From Sphagnum compactum (taxonomy: Eukaryota), in assembly GCA_965153455.1 (NCBI GenBank), contig OZ234493.1, forward strand, positions 5,022,001-5,086,000: 64,000 nucleotides of DNA. Direction: 5' to 3'. Positions within the stretch are counted from its first letter, which is position 1. The number at the start of each line of letters is the position of its first letter. Of this stretch, positions 13,048 to 25,860 are shown in pieces. A program made the position numbers and the translations under genes. Below the pieces are notes generated by a model. That model ran no database searches, was not told the DNA's origin, and saw only the letters and a program-made list of their open reading frames with translations.

Positions 13048-14853
13048 TCACATTGATTCCTTGCTCATGAGTCTTAACACTGTTTCAGTGTCAGGAAGAG
13101 CTGGAATTGCGCCTCTCTCAGTGGTGGTTATGGCCCCACATCCATTCGCAAACTGCAATGCATCACGGAGTTTTCCCTCATGGTGAAGGAGGCCACAATC
13201 ATTATCAACAAGCTTGCTCAAAAGCCCAGCCATGAAGGCATCTCCTGCCCCTGTTGTGTCAACAGGGTGCACTTTGAAAGACTCTACCTTCCCATGGAAC
13301 TCTGGGGTATAGTATCTGCACCCTTCAGGCCCATCTGTGACGACCAAAAGCTTCAAACCCGGATGCCAAAGCTCAAGAACCACGTCATCAAGAGTCTCAT
13401 CTCCACCATTCGTCAAGAAATTCACCTCCTCATCACTTACCTTGATGATGTCAGCTTGATTCCAAATGCTCATTATGCCTTCCCTTGCAGCTTCAGGGGA
13501 GGACCAAAGGGGAAGCCGCAGATTAGGGTCATATGAAAGCAAAATTCCAGCATCCTTAGCAATCTTCATGGCTGCCATGTGGGTTGACTTGGTTGGTTCT
13601 GCAATCAAGCTGATGGATCCGAAGTGGAAAACTTTGGCATGCTTGATGAGCTCCACATCAAGTTCTTCTGGACGCATGACCATGTCTGCAGATGGGTTTC
13701 TGTAGAACATAAATTCCCGCTCTCCATCTGCTTTTAGGGTTACGAAAGCAAGTGCTGTTCTGGCATTGGCATCAAATCGCACCCCCTTCACCTCCACTTT
13801 GTTGGTCTTCAACACATTCACCAACATCAACCCAAATTCATCTTCCCCGACCTTTCCCACAAAGGCTGCTGTGCCCCCAAGCTTGCAAATTCCCACTGCC
13901 ACATTGGCCGGAGCCCCTCCTGGTGCTTTCTTGAATGCAGGCGCATCGGCTAGTGCTAATCCTCCCACTGTTGGCACGAAATCTACCAGCAGCTCTCCAA
14001 AGCATACCACAGTTGAGTTGGCAAAATAGTTTTCAGAACCCATAATATTCAAGCTTGAAATCCACGAAGCTTTCCCAGAGAAGCGGATTCTCGGTGAAAC
14101 TGCCAAGGTGTTTGCTCTAGATGGGCTTGTTTTCTGCCAAAAACAAAAAAAAACAAAAGGCGATTATATACCCATCGTTAGACTTTGTGTCCATCCGAAT
14201 TCAATCTACTTTGTGAGAGAAGTAACAAAGTTTTCAGCAACTATATCATGTGAAAGTCTTGCGCATCATGTCTGTACAAAGGATGCAATTTCTTTCCTAG
14301 ACTCCCTCGTCCATGACCAGAAAGCACTTGCAATAATCACAGCATGGGCATCATCAGTCAAGCTTGACAAGAAGGATGAACCCTGTGGGATCCTGCCTCT
14401 TCATGAGATTCCAGAAGCCTACACCGAACTTGGGGATGGATTATTCACAAAACATTACAATAGATTCTCAATCATCTGATAGTAGGATGTTTCACGAGGT
14501 GATCATCTCGAGAATGCACAGCCAGGCTCTTAATACCAAAGAAAAACCATGAGTACGTAATAAAATCTTCCTCAAAACACAAAACTCGTTCACAACAATT
14601 TGCATACATGTCAGGAAATTATCTCCTACATGTACAGAGCATGCACAGCATGAAAACCCTGGGCCGCCTCCTCCTTCATGATTCACAGTAAGAAACCTAC
14701 TGCACACAACAAAAACAAGAAAGGAAAAACCCCGGGGGAGCAAAACTTGTGGGATTGTTTTTCAACCTTGTGAGTAAAGCTCCGAAGATCTATTAAAGAT
14801 TTCTTCAACAACAGCAAGCGCGAGTTGGGGGAAAGCAAAATCGCCTGCTGCAT
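13048..14853 (-). CDS. FRK: Fructokinase (pfkB family). Catalytic part is a single exon (13048-14133; internal ATG 14043); a putative upstream exon 14767-14853 adds a targeting-peptide-like N-terminus
   Basis: The ORF has [25 protein letters not shown] (pfkB signature 1), [27 protein letters not shown] and DTTGAGDAF (pfkB signature 2), all plant fructokinase hallmarks. The upstream exon is inferred from an in-phase AAG|GTTGAA donor and a TTTTTGGCAG acceptor, and is less certain. Confidence 0.93.
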
Positions 14854-15144
14854 GGGAGAGAGCTCCAGGGGTGACTGACGGAGAAGGCGATGCAGCGGCA
14901 GATGAAAGATTTTCTACACACCACAGCTAAATAATTCTCGACTACCAAAAAGAAAAAACATGCGCGGACACGATGCAATTGAATTTGTGGAGAACTCCAG
15001 GCGATCAGAGCGACGAAATATTATTGGTGGTAACGGCGCGTGCAATGCGGAATTCGCGAAGCACGAGGAGGAACAGAACAAACAAAACGGAGCGATGGCG
15101 GCGGAGTAGCTCCCGAGTTTCCCAAGCCCACCTTTAAGAGAAGA

Positions 15145-15545
15145 TAGGTTATCATTAATCCTTAATTAGGATAATCCAAATTCCAAAACTGGGATTATCC
15201 AAGACTAGGATTGGGTGTCCAGCAAGTAGGATTTTTAAACTAGGTATATGTATGTCCAGCAACCCAGATTTTTAAAACACATGGTTATCATCTAATCCTT
15301 AGTTTAGGATAATCCAGATTCCAAAACTGGGATTATCCATTTTATCCAAGATTATGATTATCCAGCAACCCAGATTTTAAGAACATGTGGGTACCACCTA
15401 ATCCTCAATGAGGATAATCCAGATTCCAAAACTGGAATTATCCATGTTATCCAAGACTAGGATTATCCAGCAACACGCAGAGTTTTAAAATTTATGATAA
15501 TCCACCATCTAAGCCTAGGATTATCCAGCAACCCAGATTTTTTAA
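15145..15545. repeat. Tandem array of ~105-140 bp units, each with a GGATAATCC-N14-GGATTATCC hairpin
   Basis: Hairpins at 15169-15200, 15307-15338 and 15412-15443 (last arm degenerate), plus repeated ATTATCCAGCAACCCAGATTT. Confidence 0.8.
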
Positions 15546-17394
15546 GATATATTTTTATGTTTTTAGAAGCAATTTTCTTAAGACCTTGTTTGTTTCTTGA
15601 TATAGTCTTAGTCGTTGAATATTAGTTATTCTTAAAAAGCTTTTTTGATTAGCTGTGTTATTTTTTAAGGAAACCCAATTGGATTCTGAATACAAAAACT
15701 TATTGATCAAATAGATTTTGAAGAAATTAATGTTTGTACCTGTTCAGATATGTCAAGAGTCATTACAAGAGGTTTTAATAGGCAACTAGAAATGGTTGCA
15801 CCACAAGAATCTATGCCCGAGATAATACAACTGATAAAACAATAATGTTTTCAGATTGAGGGAATTCATCCAATTGATGCTCCTAGCATTGAACCTCAAC
15901 AATCGGTGACAATAAAGATACTTCTTCATCAAATACTATTAGAGCAAGAGGAATGGAAGGAACCACAAGTACCTTCAACCAATTGTTTTTTGACACCCCA
16001 AAATTCGTCTCAACAACCAAGGTCGAATGCACAACCGAATGGACATCACATTGCACATGTTCAACATGCTAATAAAGTAACTTTTACAAGCTAGAGGTGG
16101 CAATCTACAACACTTGGCTACTATATTTTCAGAATGAATGTACCATCATGATTAACACCTATTGTTGGGTACTACGCTTTTGAACCAGTTTTTGCTTTGA
16201 ATCCAACCACAATAGATTTAGAATTGGAGCACAACCAATTTCCAAATCGGTTGGAACAACTATGTAATGTGGAATGGAGACCTTCACACCGATCCAGTTC
16301 TTAACCGCATGTAGAATCGATTGGAAGTAGTCACAATTCTTGTTGTCCAACAAGCACAATCATTTAATCAAAATGTTTAGTCAAATGTACCTATTATGGG
16401 AACCATTGAACAACCACATGTTCAATGAAGTATACTAATTCTAAGCATACATCCCACCATTGAGATTACATCATCATGTGCATATTGTCAACAAGTTGGA
16501 CATGAGTTCAAGAATTGTCCCTTTGTGGAAAATAAACTGAAGTGATTGATCAGAGAAAGGCTCATAACTTTATTACAACCTATTGTACTAAGCAAACCGG
16601 CAACATATGTTGGTATACCTTTGCAACAATTTCGACCACAACGGGGTTTGGTCAATAATTCAATATTGGTTAATCAACAACTAAGTTGGCAACAACCTAT
16701 TACACCATTCATAATAAGAAAACCTAGAGTTATACTTTATCCACCATATTCAATGTGGTAGAACATTTTATCATCTTTTGTACCTATGGATCTTAATATG
16801 TATCCAACATGTTATTTTAGGATCAAAGGACACGATCCATTGATTTTTGGGAGAAAAGAAGGATATGTAACCAGTATTAATCAATTAGAACTAAAACCAC
16901 CAGTTGAGCAGCCAGAACAAGCATAGTACCCTGCCATAGTTCCATTTTGGATTGGACAATTGGTTGTAATTCCAAGAGGAGTGTGTGTTCACTAAAGAAT
17001 GACATCATCTCTACCTATTAAATTACATGTTACCATTAGACAACTTGTCTATGGTGGAGGTTGGCCACCTCAACCGTTAAGAAGGGCTTATAAAAATGGT
17101 TTTTCAAATGGTTCAAGTTGATTAACTAGTTATTTTTTACTAATGGACATGTCCATTTTTATTAAAGGCACAAAACATGTATTTTTTAACCAATCAACTT
17201 GACTAAAGTGATTTATTTGACCAATACATCTAATCAAGTTAGACCATCTTAGTCAAAATGGCCAATGGGTTTTAACCAAATGATCTAATCAAATTGAACA
17301 TAAAAAATTGACATCATTAGTGAAAATGACCAATGTTTACTAGTCAAATGAAACATCTTATGCCTATTACATACCTATGTCCCACTTATAATCT

Positions 17395-17650
17395 TACAAC
17401 TTACTTACCTACCTACCTACCTACCTACCCACCCACCCACCTACCTACATAAATGTATTACTTACCTACCTATCCACCCACCTATAACCTACCTACATAT
17501 TAAATACCTACCCACCCACCTACCTAAATGCAATACCTACCTACCTACCTACCTACCCACACATCTACTTACATACATGTACTACCTACATACCCACCTA
17601 CCTACTTACGCACCCACCCACCTATCTCCTACAACCTACCTACCTTCGTA
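17395..17650 (+). repeat. (CTAC/CCAC)n degenerate tetranucleotide array
   Basis: Long runs of ACCT/ACCC units; a complementary (TAGG)-rich block follows at 17815-17900. Confidence 0.9.
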
Positions 17651-17722
17651 CCTCATAATCTTGTAATGATGTGTCGAAATAAACATGTGAAATAAAAAAT
17701 TTGACAAAAGTTGAACACCTTT

Positions 17723-17793
17723 TAATGGTGTGTCCCATTGGTTAAGGACTTAGTTTATCATTAAGGAGGTCAAGGGTTCAATTCCTAACATTA
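17723..17793 (+). pseudogene. Degenerate tRNA-like sequence (pseudo-tRNA or SINE head)
   Basis: D-arm GTCC-CATTGGTTAA-GGAC, anticodon-like arm TTAGT..ATTAA, T-loop GGGTTCAATTCC (B box), partial acceptor pairing AATGGTG/TAACATT. A homologous copy lies on the minus strand at ~24905-24985. Confidence 0.5.
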
Positions 17794-20209
17794 TAACCTA
17801 TGTACATGCTTAAGGGGCTAAGGTAGGTAGGGTAGACTAAGTAGGATATATTAGGTTAGGTTAAGGTAGGTCAAATAGGATAGGTTAGGCTAAGTTAAAC
17901 TACCACCTACCTACCTACCTACTTATTTGCCACAAAAAAAAATATTTTGATATGGGCAAAAGTTTGACCACTCAAAATGACTAATCAAAATGACCAGTCA
18001 AATGGTCCATACCCTGCCAACAAAAAAAACCACCCTAATCACAACGGACATGTTGACATCAATTTTGTACAAAATGATAGAGTGGTCTTTTCGACCCCTA
18101 TTCAAATTAGGTATTTTTTTATTAGATTTGCGAGTCAAGAAAACCAATTTTTTAATAGTGAATTCACATCCACAACCAGGTCGAAGACCGCCATCTAATC
18201 CACCTATTGGACTTTACGAATGGCCATCATTTGGTCCAAGAATATACATGCCACCATGGTATCCACCAATTGCAATTCAATCTGAACCAACCAATAAATT
18301 GCAACACAAAAACCTTCAATATCCAACATACGTGAAGGATATTAACTTTAATGTTCACATCAAAATTTTCAAAAACGTAATCAGAGCAAACAGGGAGATC
18401 ATGGAAGCCAACATCATTGACTTGTTTAGTTTCACCTTAAAAGATAGTATCTCAAAGTGGGGCAAAAACTTTGTAAAAAATCACCCCAATTACACATTCG
18501 AGGAGTTGGAGCAAATGTTTTATAAAATCTTCCAAACCGTGAAAAATGATGAAGAAGTTTATATGCAATTGAAGAACCTACAACAAGTTAGTGAACGAGT
18601 AAAAATCTACTACGAAAGTTTGTTGAAACTTACACATTGGTTGCAAATGAAGGCTGCTAATTTCTTTACCACAAGTTTCAGAGTAGGTTTACAACCATAC
18701 CTCATATTGACAATAGTAGGTATGACAAAAAATACCTTTATTAAGCATAAGAAGCTGCAAAATTTGTGAAGAAAGCAGACTAATTATAACAAATTACAAT
18801 ATTCTATTAACCCAACCAAAATCTAACTAGTTGCACAACGATAGTCAATTATACTATGGTTAAACAATAGGTAACTTGTTCAAATTATGGAAAAACAAAT
18901 CATGCCAAGGAAGCCCATCATAACAAAAAAAAAGGAAGAAGTAGTATTACTTGTTGTACCAACCAAAGTAGCTAAACATGTAGTTGAAGTAATAATACAA
19001 CATGATAAATTAGCTAGAGTACCTTTACAACATCCATGCATTATTTGTTTTAGTGTTAACACCATACATTAGATTTTCCTAGAAAGATTGAAGTCCAAAA
19101 CATGTTTTGTATTAAGACAAATTTTGTTGTTATAGTAGTTCCAAAAGCTTTTAAGCTTGATAATATACCAATTAATGTAATTGTCATTATCACCACATGC
19201 AGTCAAGTACTAGAGCAATACGCAGTTAATTAAGAAAACAAAACCACATGTTCTATAACTAGAATGTGAATCAATGAAAGCAAAAACAGTAGCTGATTGG
19301 CGAACTAAAGAACAAATGTGCGATTCTTTTGTTCATACTATCAAAGAACTATAAGATGGTATTTTGGATCACAAACACCCATTGATATAAATGGATCGGC
19401 CCGCTTCATTCAAATTGGACTAATTTGCTAAAAGACCACAAAATTAATTGGTTATGGGCAAACAACTTGTTCATTTGCTTGTATAAACAACAACACTAGA
19501 TAAGACTCTATAAGACATTTTGAAATACATCAATACTCAAGTTCTAGATACCAAATATGTCATTAACTTGGGGCAACTTTTGAGGATTGTGCCAAACATC
19601 AAACAATACATCTGCAAATTGGTTAAGTTTGTTCAACTAGTACAACCTAAACATGTTCATCCTAAACCAACATGTGTAACAATCACCAGTGATCATCAAG
19701 TGGCGTTATTCATGTTCAAGTTAGTAAGAACTTTATTGACGATGTGATCCTTGATGGAGGATCTAGAATCATATCATTACTAAGAAATTGATAATACAAT
19801 TAGGTTTGTTTAAGTTTAATGTAACACCTTATAATCTTTAGATGGAAAATCAAACTATAGTCACACTTGGTCTTATTATGTATCTAAAAATATTTATTCA
19901 TGGTATTCCCTACATAGTCACATTCATTGTCATCAATAATAACGTTTTAGATTCTAATTACTCAATGTTGTTAGGACATCCATGGTTGAAAGATGCAAAA
20001 GTATCCCACGATTAGGGGACCAATATTGTTATCATACAAGGAACATGCATAATAAAAACCATACATGTTACCAAGAAATTAAATATTCAAACCAAAAGAC
20101 CAAAAACCCTAGTGTGTTATGATTTCCATTCTAGAATATTTGATGAAGAAGAAAATATGATGTTTACTCTAGAATTGGATCTATTTTCAAATTTCAATAG
20201 GGACCATAG

Positions 20210-20770
20210 TAGGTTCCAAGTATGATAAAGTATGCCAAAAAAGTAGTCCTACAAAAATTTTATTTCAAATAAATCTCTTTTCAACATTAGCATTAAAAAA
20301 AATATTAAAAACCTATTTAAATTGCATTTTGAAATCATAGAGCACTTCATTGAATTTATTGTAAGTTGTACATGAAGTTTGAGGAATTTCTATATTAAAA
20401 AAATGGATGAAAATTATATTTTAAATTGGTTGGTTGTTCAAAATTTTCAAAATAATTTTACATTAAAACTTTGATAGTTTATGACTAGAATATGAAAAGT
20501 TGAAATTATATCCATACACACTAGCCTTCATCAACTTGAAAGTATAATAATTCTAATTGATGTTTTACTTTCATGTACTTGTAATTCAATTTTGCAAAAC
20601 TATGACATGTACTTTCTATACATGCATTTCAAAAAAATGTATTTAAATGCATATTAAAACATGTGTTTCTTCAATATTATGCAATGAAGTCAAAGAACTT
20701 ATATATTTTTTATCACTAACTTAAATAATATTCATGGATTCAGTACATTAAAGTATGTTTTATGGATACT
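20210..20770. mobile_element. AT-rich non-coding insertion between gypsy protease and RT
   Basis: Similarity to the second gypsy copy (minus ~38590) stops at ~20210 and coding-like sequence resumes at ~20770. Termini not resolved. Confidence 0.4.
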
Positions 20771-21336
20771 TTCCCCAAAATAACAAGCGTATCTGGCTGG
20801 CATACATTACCATGCTTATGCCAAGCATTACTTACCCAAATTGAATTAATATCCAATTTAGATCGCATATCAAACATTGGGATAATAAAACAGGTACCAA
20901 AAACACTAGTTGAACCAATATGTGTCTTACTTGTTAATTTATCTATACCACCTGATATTGTCAAATAACATTTACCCGATACCTTTTTCCATCTCGAAGT
21001 TGGAAAGATGATCATTAATGAGACACCTGCTCAAGAGTGAATTCAAAATCTAACCATAACCAGTTGGATAGTAATTGAGGAGGAAATTTTGACTAAAGTC
21101 AATTTGGGCATCAAAAAGAATGTGCAACAAGTGAAAATGAATGCTTCACTTGAACTAGTTACCAAAAAACAATTGACATGAGCTACTAAAGAAGTTCAAG
21201 GACATTTTTTCCTAGACATAAAAAGACTTGAAAGGTATTTCGCTAAAGATTGTTCAATATAGGATTGAATTTGACACTACAATACCACCTACTCATCAAA
21301 TGAAGAATTGATTGAATCCGAACTATGCCACCATTG

Positions 21337-23278
21337 CACTATGAGAAATCGCGTCCATTGAAACCACACTACCTTGTAACTAAAACTTAAAAAATAAATC
21401 ATATACAATTATTGTGCAAGTGTCTCTTAAGTATTACAACTAGAGTGTTCAACTATCCCCAAAAAATACAATGTATTAATAAATAAATTACCACGTCAGA
21501 AAATCAATGAATTATATTATAATTATAAGTGAGTTGAAAATTGGTCTTCGATACAATAATTTATACACATTGTACATACATATGTAATCAACCATGTTTG
21601 ATTTTTTCAAAAGTTACATTATAGTTACATGTGGTAACTATTTTAGAACTGTTGTAAATGTGCCACTAAAGCAACAACTATGTTACAACTAGGTACAATG
21701 TACATAGATGCGATCATATTACATGTCCACATTTCCACCACCCGTTATGGAATACATTTGCAATTAGTTTTTAATTATGATTCCCATTGATATAATTAGT
21801 ACAACCATTAGTGCGCCACTATTAAAATAATGTTATTTAACTATGTTATGACTATAATATGACTACTTATAACTTAATAAAGATACATATTCATTAGTTA
21901 TTTATATCTTCATCATATGTGTTTCATTTTGAATGATTTAAAATGCTATGGGAATGTTACTTCAAACTTTAGATATCATCTTTGAAATGTAAAGGAAAAG
22001 AATTAGTAATAAATAACAAAAAATAAAATAAACTTTCCAACTTACAAAACACATTTTTTCCCTTTTTTTCTTTTTGAACCCTCCTACTTTCAAACCTCAT
22101 AACTTTCCTATTTTTTATTCGTTTCAAATGACTTAAAATGTTATAGAAATGTCACCTAAAGTTTTACAAATCATCTATGAACTTTAATAACAACAAAGCA
22201 ACATATAAGGATTTTTTTAGGTGTTCAGGAACTAGCCTTTATAGCATTTGGTGGTTTTTCTTTTTGAGTTTTTGACCCCCTCTATTTTGGGGGGCCATAA
22301 CTTTCTCAATTCTATTCCATTTTTAATGATTTTTAGTGCCCTAGAAGCATCAATAGGAAGGGTTTGATTTTGTTTGGACACCAAAAACAATGGAACCCTC
22401 CCCTTGGATCTACCTTGCCCTAAATGCTTAAGTGTTATAATTGCAACTCAATTACAATTTAATTTACAACTAAAGAACAATTAAAAGGTTTAACCCATAT
22501 GTTTTGTCTTCAAATCCCATGTTACAAACTATATAAAAAAGGCTTGTTCTCTCATATTTTCACATTAAAATACAAATGTCATTTTGGGATGATTTCAAAA
22601 AAGTTTAATTTAAAGGCAAAAGATAAAATTAAAAACTAAATTTTCATGGTTATTTTTTAGTTCACTTAATCTTGTGTTTTCCTACCTACATACCTACCTA
22701 TGTAAGTAAATAGGTCCTATTTTTTTACCTACATATGTAGATAGGTAGGTAGGTAGGTCCTAAGTAAATACGTAGGTATGTAAGTTTTAAGACCTACCAA
22801 CCTACCTACCTATGGTTACGTACAACCTACCTAGCTACTAAAATAATTTTTTTTTAAATTTATTTATTTCAAAATATAATTAATATGCCATGTGATAATT
22901 TTTTATTGTGCCACATGTCAGAATCTTGGACCATCATTAACAATCATAACAGACAATGGAGATCAATATTTTGAAAAAAAATCATTTTTAATGTCCAAAA
23001 ATTTTCATACTACCATGTCTGAAATTTTTATAGATGGATGACAATCAATGATGTCAACATGACATCATGGGTACAATTATAATGGAATTGCATAGTAGTT
23101 GAAAATGAGTTATTTTGATTGAATTGCAATGAATTACACCATTTATACATGAATTACAACTCATGCAACTTGTCCGTTAACATTCACAACATATAAATAT
23201 AATGAATTGCAAATGTCCTCTACAACTCCAAAATTGAGCTACAAGGCCAATTACAAAACACCCCTTTTATTCATAGTG
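21337..23278. mobile_element. Non-autonomous CACTA-type DNA transposon inserted in the gypsy RT
   Basis: Termini CACTATGA...TCATAGTG. Removing it and the duplicated flank restores NYATI(I/V)KxDINKL, matching NYATTIKQYINKL in the second gypsy copy. GCAACT/AGTTGC subterminal motifs; internal CTAC/TAGG block at 22680-22840. Confidence 0.88.
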
Positions 23279-24699
23279 ATTATCAAATAGGACATAAACA
23301 AGCTATTTGTTGTTGGTTTTATCAAACCAATTGAGGAAGAAACTTGGCTATCACCTATAGTGGTTGTGCCTAAGAAGAATGGGAAGTTAAAAATTTGTGT
23401 TGATTTCAAGAAGGTCAACGTAACAACAAAAAAGGATCCTTACCTGTTACATTTTATTAATAAGGTCATTAATATGGTAGTTGGGCATGAAGTGTATACC
23501 TTTTTACATGAATTTTTTGGGTATCACCATATATTAATTGCACCCAAAAACTAGCACAAAATCGCCTTTGTGATAGATTATGGGGCTTTTGTGTTGGTTG
23601 TGATGCCATTTAATGTCAAAAATGGTTCACTTATTTATCAGAGGGCAATTACTAAAACATTCTATTAGTACATTGATGTATTCATGAAGATTTTTCTTGA
23701 TGGTTTTACAATTTTCACTAACCTATCAACTCACCTAAAAAATCTCAAAAAATGTTTTTTTGAATGTAAAAAATTTGGTATTAGTTTGAACCTAAATAAG
23801 TGTGCATTCATGGTTTTTTCAAGCACTATCCTAGGTTTCATAGTGTCTAAAAAGGCAAAATATGGATTTAAGAAAGTCAAAGCTTTAATTAACATGCTGA
23901 AACTTGCTATTGCTAAGGAAATACATGTGTTCAATGGGATGGCATAGTTTTACAGTTACTTCATTAAAAACTTTGCATCAAGTATGTCACCCATCACCAA
24001 GCTATTCAAAGTGTGAAATTTTTTGAGTGGACAAAAAGATAACCAAAATGGTTGGGAAGATATTAAGAACAAGTATGTACAAACGGAGTATTTTATATAT
24101 TTGGACAAAACAATAGGTTTTGTCATGTTTCGTAACCAGAACATGTGCCAATTGTATTACAGGAGCTGCATAGGGGAGTTGGTGGAGGACATTTCTCCTC
24201 AAACATTATTATGAGGAAGATTCTTAACACCGGTTACTAATGGCCAACCATGAACTATGATGTTCATGAATATTGTTGAACCTATGGTTTGTGTTAAAGA
24301 CCAAATAATTTGTTGGCACTAAATATGGCCAAATTAATTACTACTTTGTTTGAAGATTTTTTTTCAAAAATGGGGATTAGATTTCATTGGACCCAATAAA
24401 CAAACAAATCATTACTCTAACAACTAGTATATCTTAATTGCTATTAATTATGTTATTAAATGGGTGGAAGCGTGAACATTGTGCACTAATATAACCGTTG
24501 TTACTGTGAAGTTCTTATATGACACATTTTCACTAAGTTTGGTTTTCCACTCACCATTGTAAATTATCAAGGTACCCATCACTACACCAATATGCATCCA
24601 AGTTCACTCTATGTTTCATTAGATTTTGAGTGAAATTGGACAAATTTACCATGGTGAAAGTGGACAACCCTTTTGTAAACAGGGACAAATTGTTACAGA

Positions 24700-24825
24700 C
24701 AAATGAATTCACCAATAGCTAATTGAATTCACCAATAGTTAATCAAATTCACTAATAGTTAAATCATCAATAACAAATTCACTAATATTTAAATCATTGA
24801 TAATAAATTCATTAATAATTAATTA
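24700..24825 (+). repeat. Tandem repeat, ~20-30 bp unit (AATTCACYAATAGTT)
   Basis: About 5 copies of GAATTCACCAATAG / AAATTCACTAATA. Confidence 0.8.
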
Positions 24826-25049
24826 CAAACCTAGGCTAAGCACCTAAGAACCTTCACTAGGCTACCTAACCTAAATTAAAAAGCCAGCTCACTAACCTAT
24901 GGTGTAAGTGTAAAAGTTTAAACCCTTCACCTCCTTTCACCTCCATATTTAAGGAATAAGTCCTTAACCATGCATTGAACCATTATTTAAATGAATGATA
25001 TTTTTTTGTCATCACATATTATTCTGCACATTAATTTTTACCCTAGATT

Positions 25050-25860
25050 ATTATTAACAATTCTTGGCTATTCTACCATAGGATATTTTAAGCTATTATA
25101 TCATAGGCCATTGTTGGCTTTTCTACCATAGGATATTTAGGCTATTCTATTAGAGGCCATTATTGGCTATTCTACATTCTTTTACCACAAGCAATTCATG
25201 GTAATTTTTTACTATTCTACCATAGGCTATTCCAAATTATTTTATCATACACCATTGTTCGCTATTCTATGTTATTTCACCATACGCTATTGTTGGTTAT
25301 TATAGGTTACATTACCATAAGCTATTAATGGCTATTATATTGTTGGTTATTGGTGGATATTTTATTGTAGGTTATTAGTGGTTGTTCTTTTGTTAGGTAT
25401 TATTGGCTATTCTATTGGTGGCTATTATTGGTTATTCTATTATTGATTATTGATAACTATTGATGGCCATTCTAGTGTAGGTTATTATTGGCTATTCTAT
25501 TGGTAGCTATTGATGGTTATTTTCTTATAAATTATTATTGGTTATTTTAGGTTAAATTACAATAGGTTATTGATGGATATTCTATTATAAATTATTGTTG
25601 GTTATTTTAAGTTGAATTACCATAGGCTATTGGTGGCTATTCTATTGTAGGCTATTGTTGGTTATTTTAAATTAAATTGCCATAAGCTATTGGTGGTGAT
25701 TATATTGTAGAGTATTGTTGGATGTTTTTAACTAAATTACCATAGGCTATTGGTGGTTATTCTACTATAAGTTATTGTTGATTATTTTAGGTTATATTAC
25801 CATAGGCTATTGGTGGTTATTTTATAATAAATTATTGTTGATTATTGTTGATTATATATA
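25050..25860 (+). repeat. Minisatellite, ~60 bp unit built from ~20-bp GGCTATT sub-repeats
   Basis: Near line-by-line (60 bp) repetition of CATAGGCTATTGGTGGYTATTCTATTRTAGGYTATTGTTGGTTATTTTAARTTAAATTAC at 25560-25860; more degenerate upstream. Confidence 0.9.

Larger units (their letters stand above)
17083..18100. mobile_element. Non-autonomous insertion in the gypsy element, with (CTAC)n/(TAGG)n blocks, TGACCA/GTCAA subterminal motifs and a tRNA-like segment
   Basis: Abrupt compositional change; weak termini AGGGCTT.. / ..GACCCCT and ACATGTCC-like motifs near both ends. No TSD found. Confidence 0.5.
15700..24579 (+). mobile_element. Decayed Ty3/gypsy LTR-retrotransposon internal region (CCHC ORF, gag, protease, RT, integrase) with nested insertions
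   Basis: CAYCQQVGHEFKNC knuckle (~16476-16520), retrotransposon gag (ORF 17990-18769), protease ILDGGS (~19748), RT (FKDIF..KDLKGI ~21190; WLSPIVVVPKKNGKLKICVDF 23345; FLDG for the catalytic xxDD ~23693), integrase (WGLDFIGP ~24370, KWVEA, QGTH 24570). The PR-RT-INT order indicates gypsy. Many stops and frameshifts; left boundary approximate. Confidence 0.88.

Noticed and set aside
17723-17793. Functional tRNA gene
   Set aside because: Mismatched acceptor and T stems, unclear anticodon loop, no poly-T terminator.
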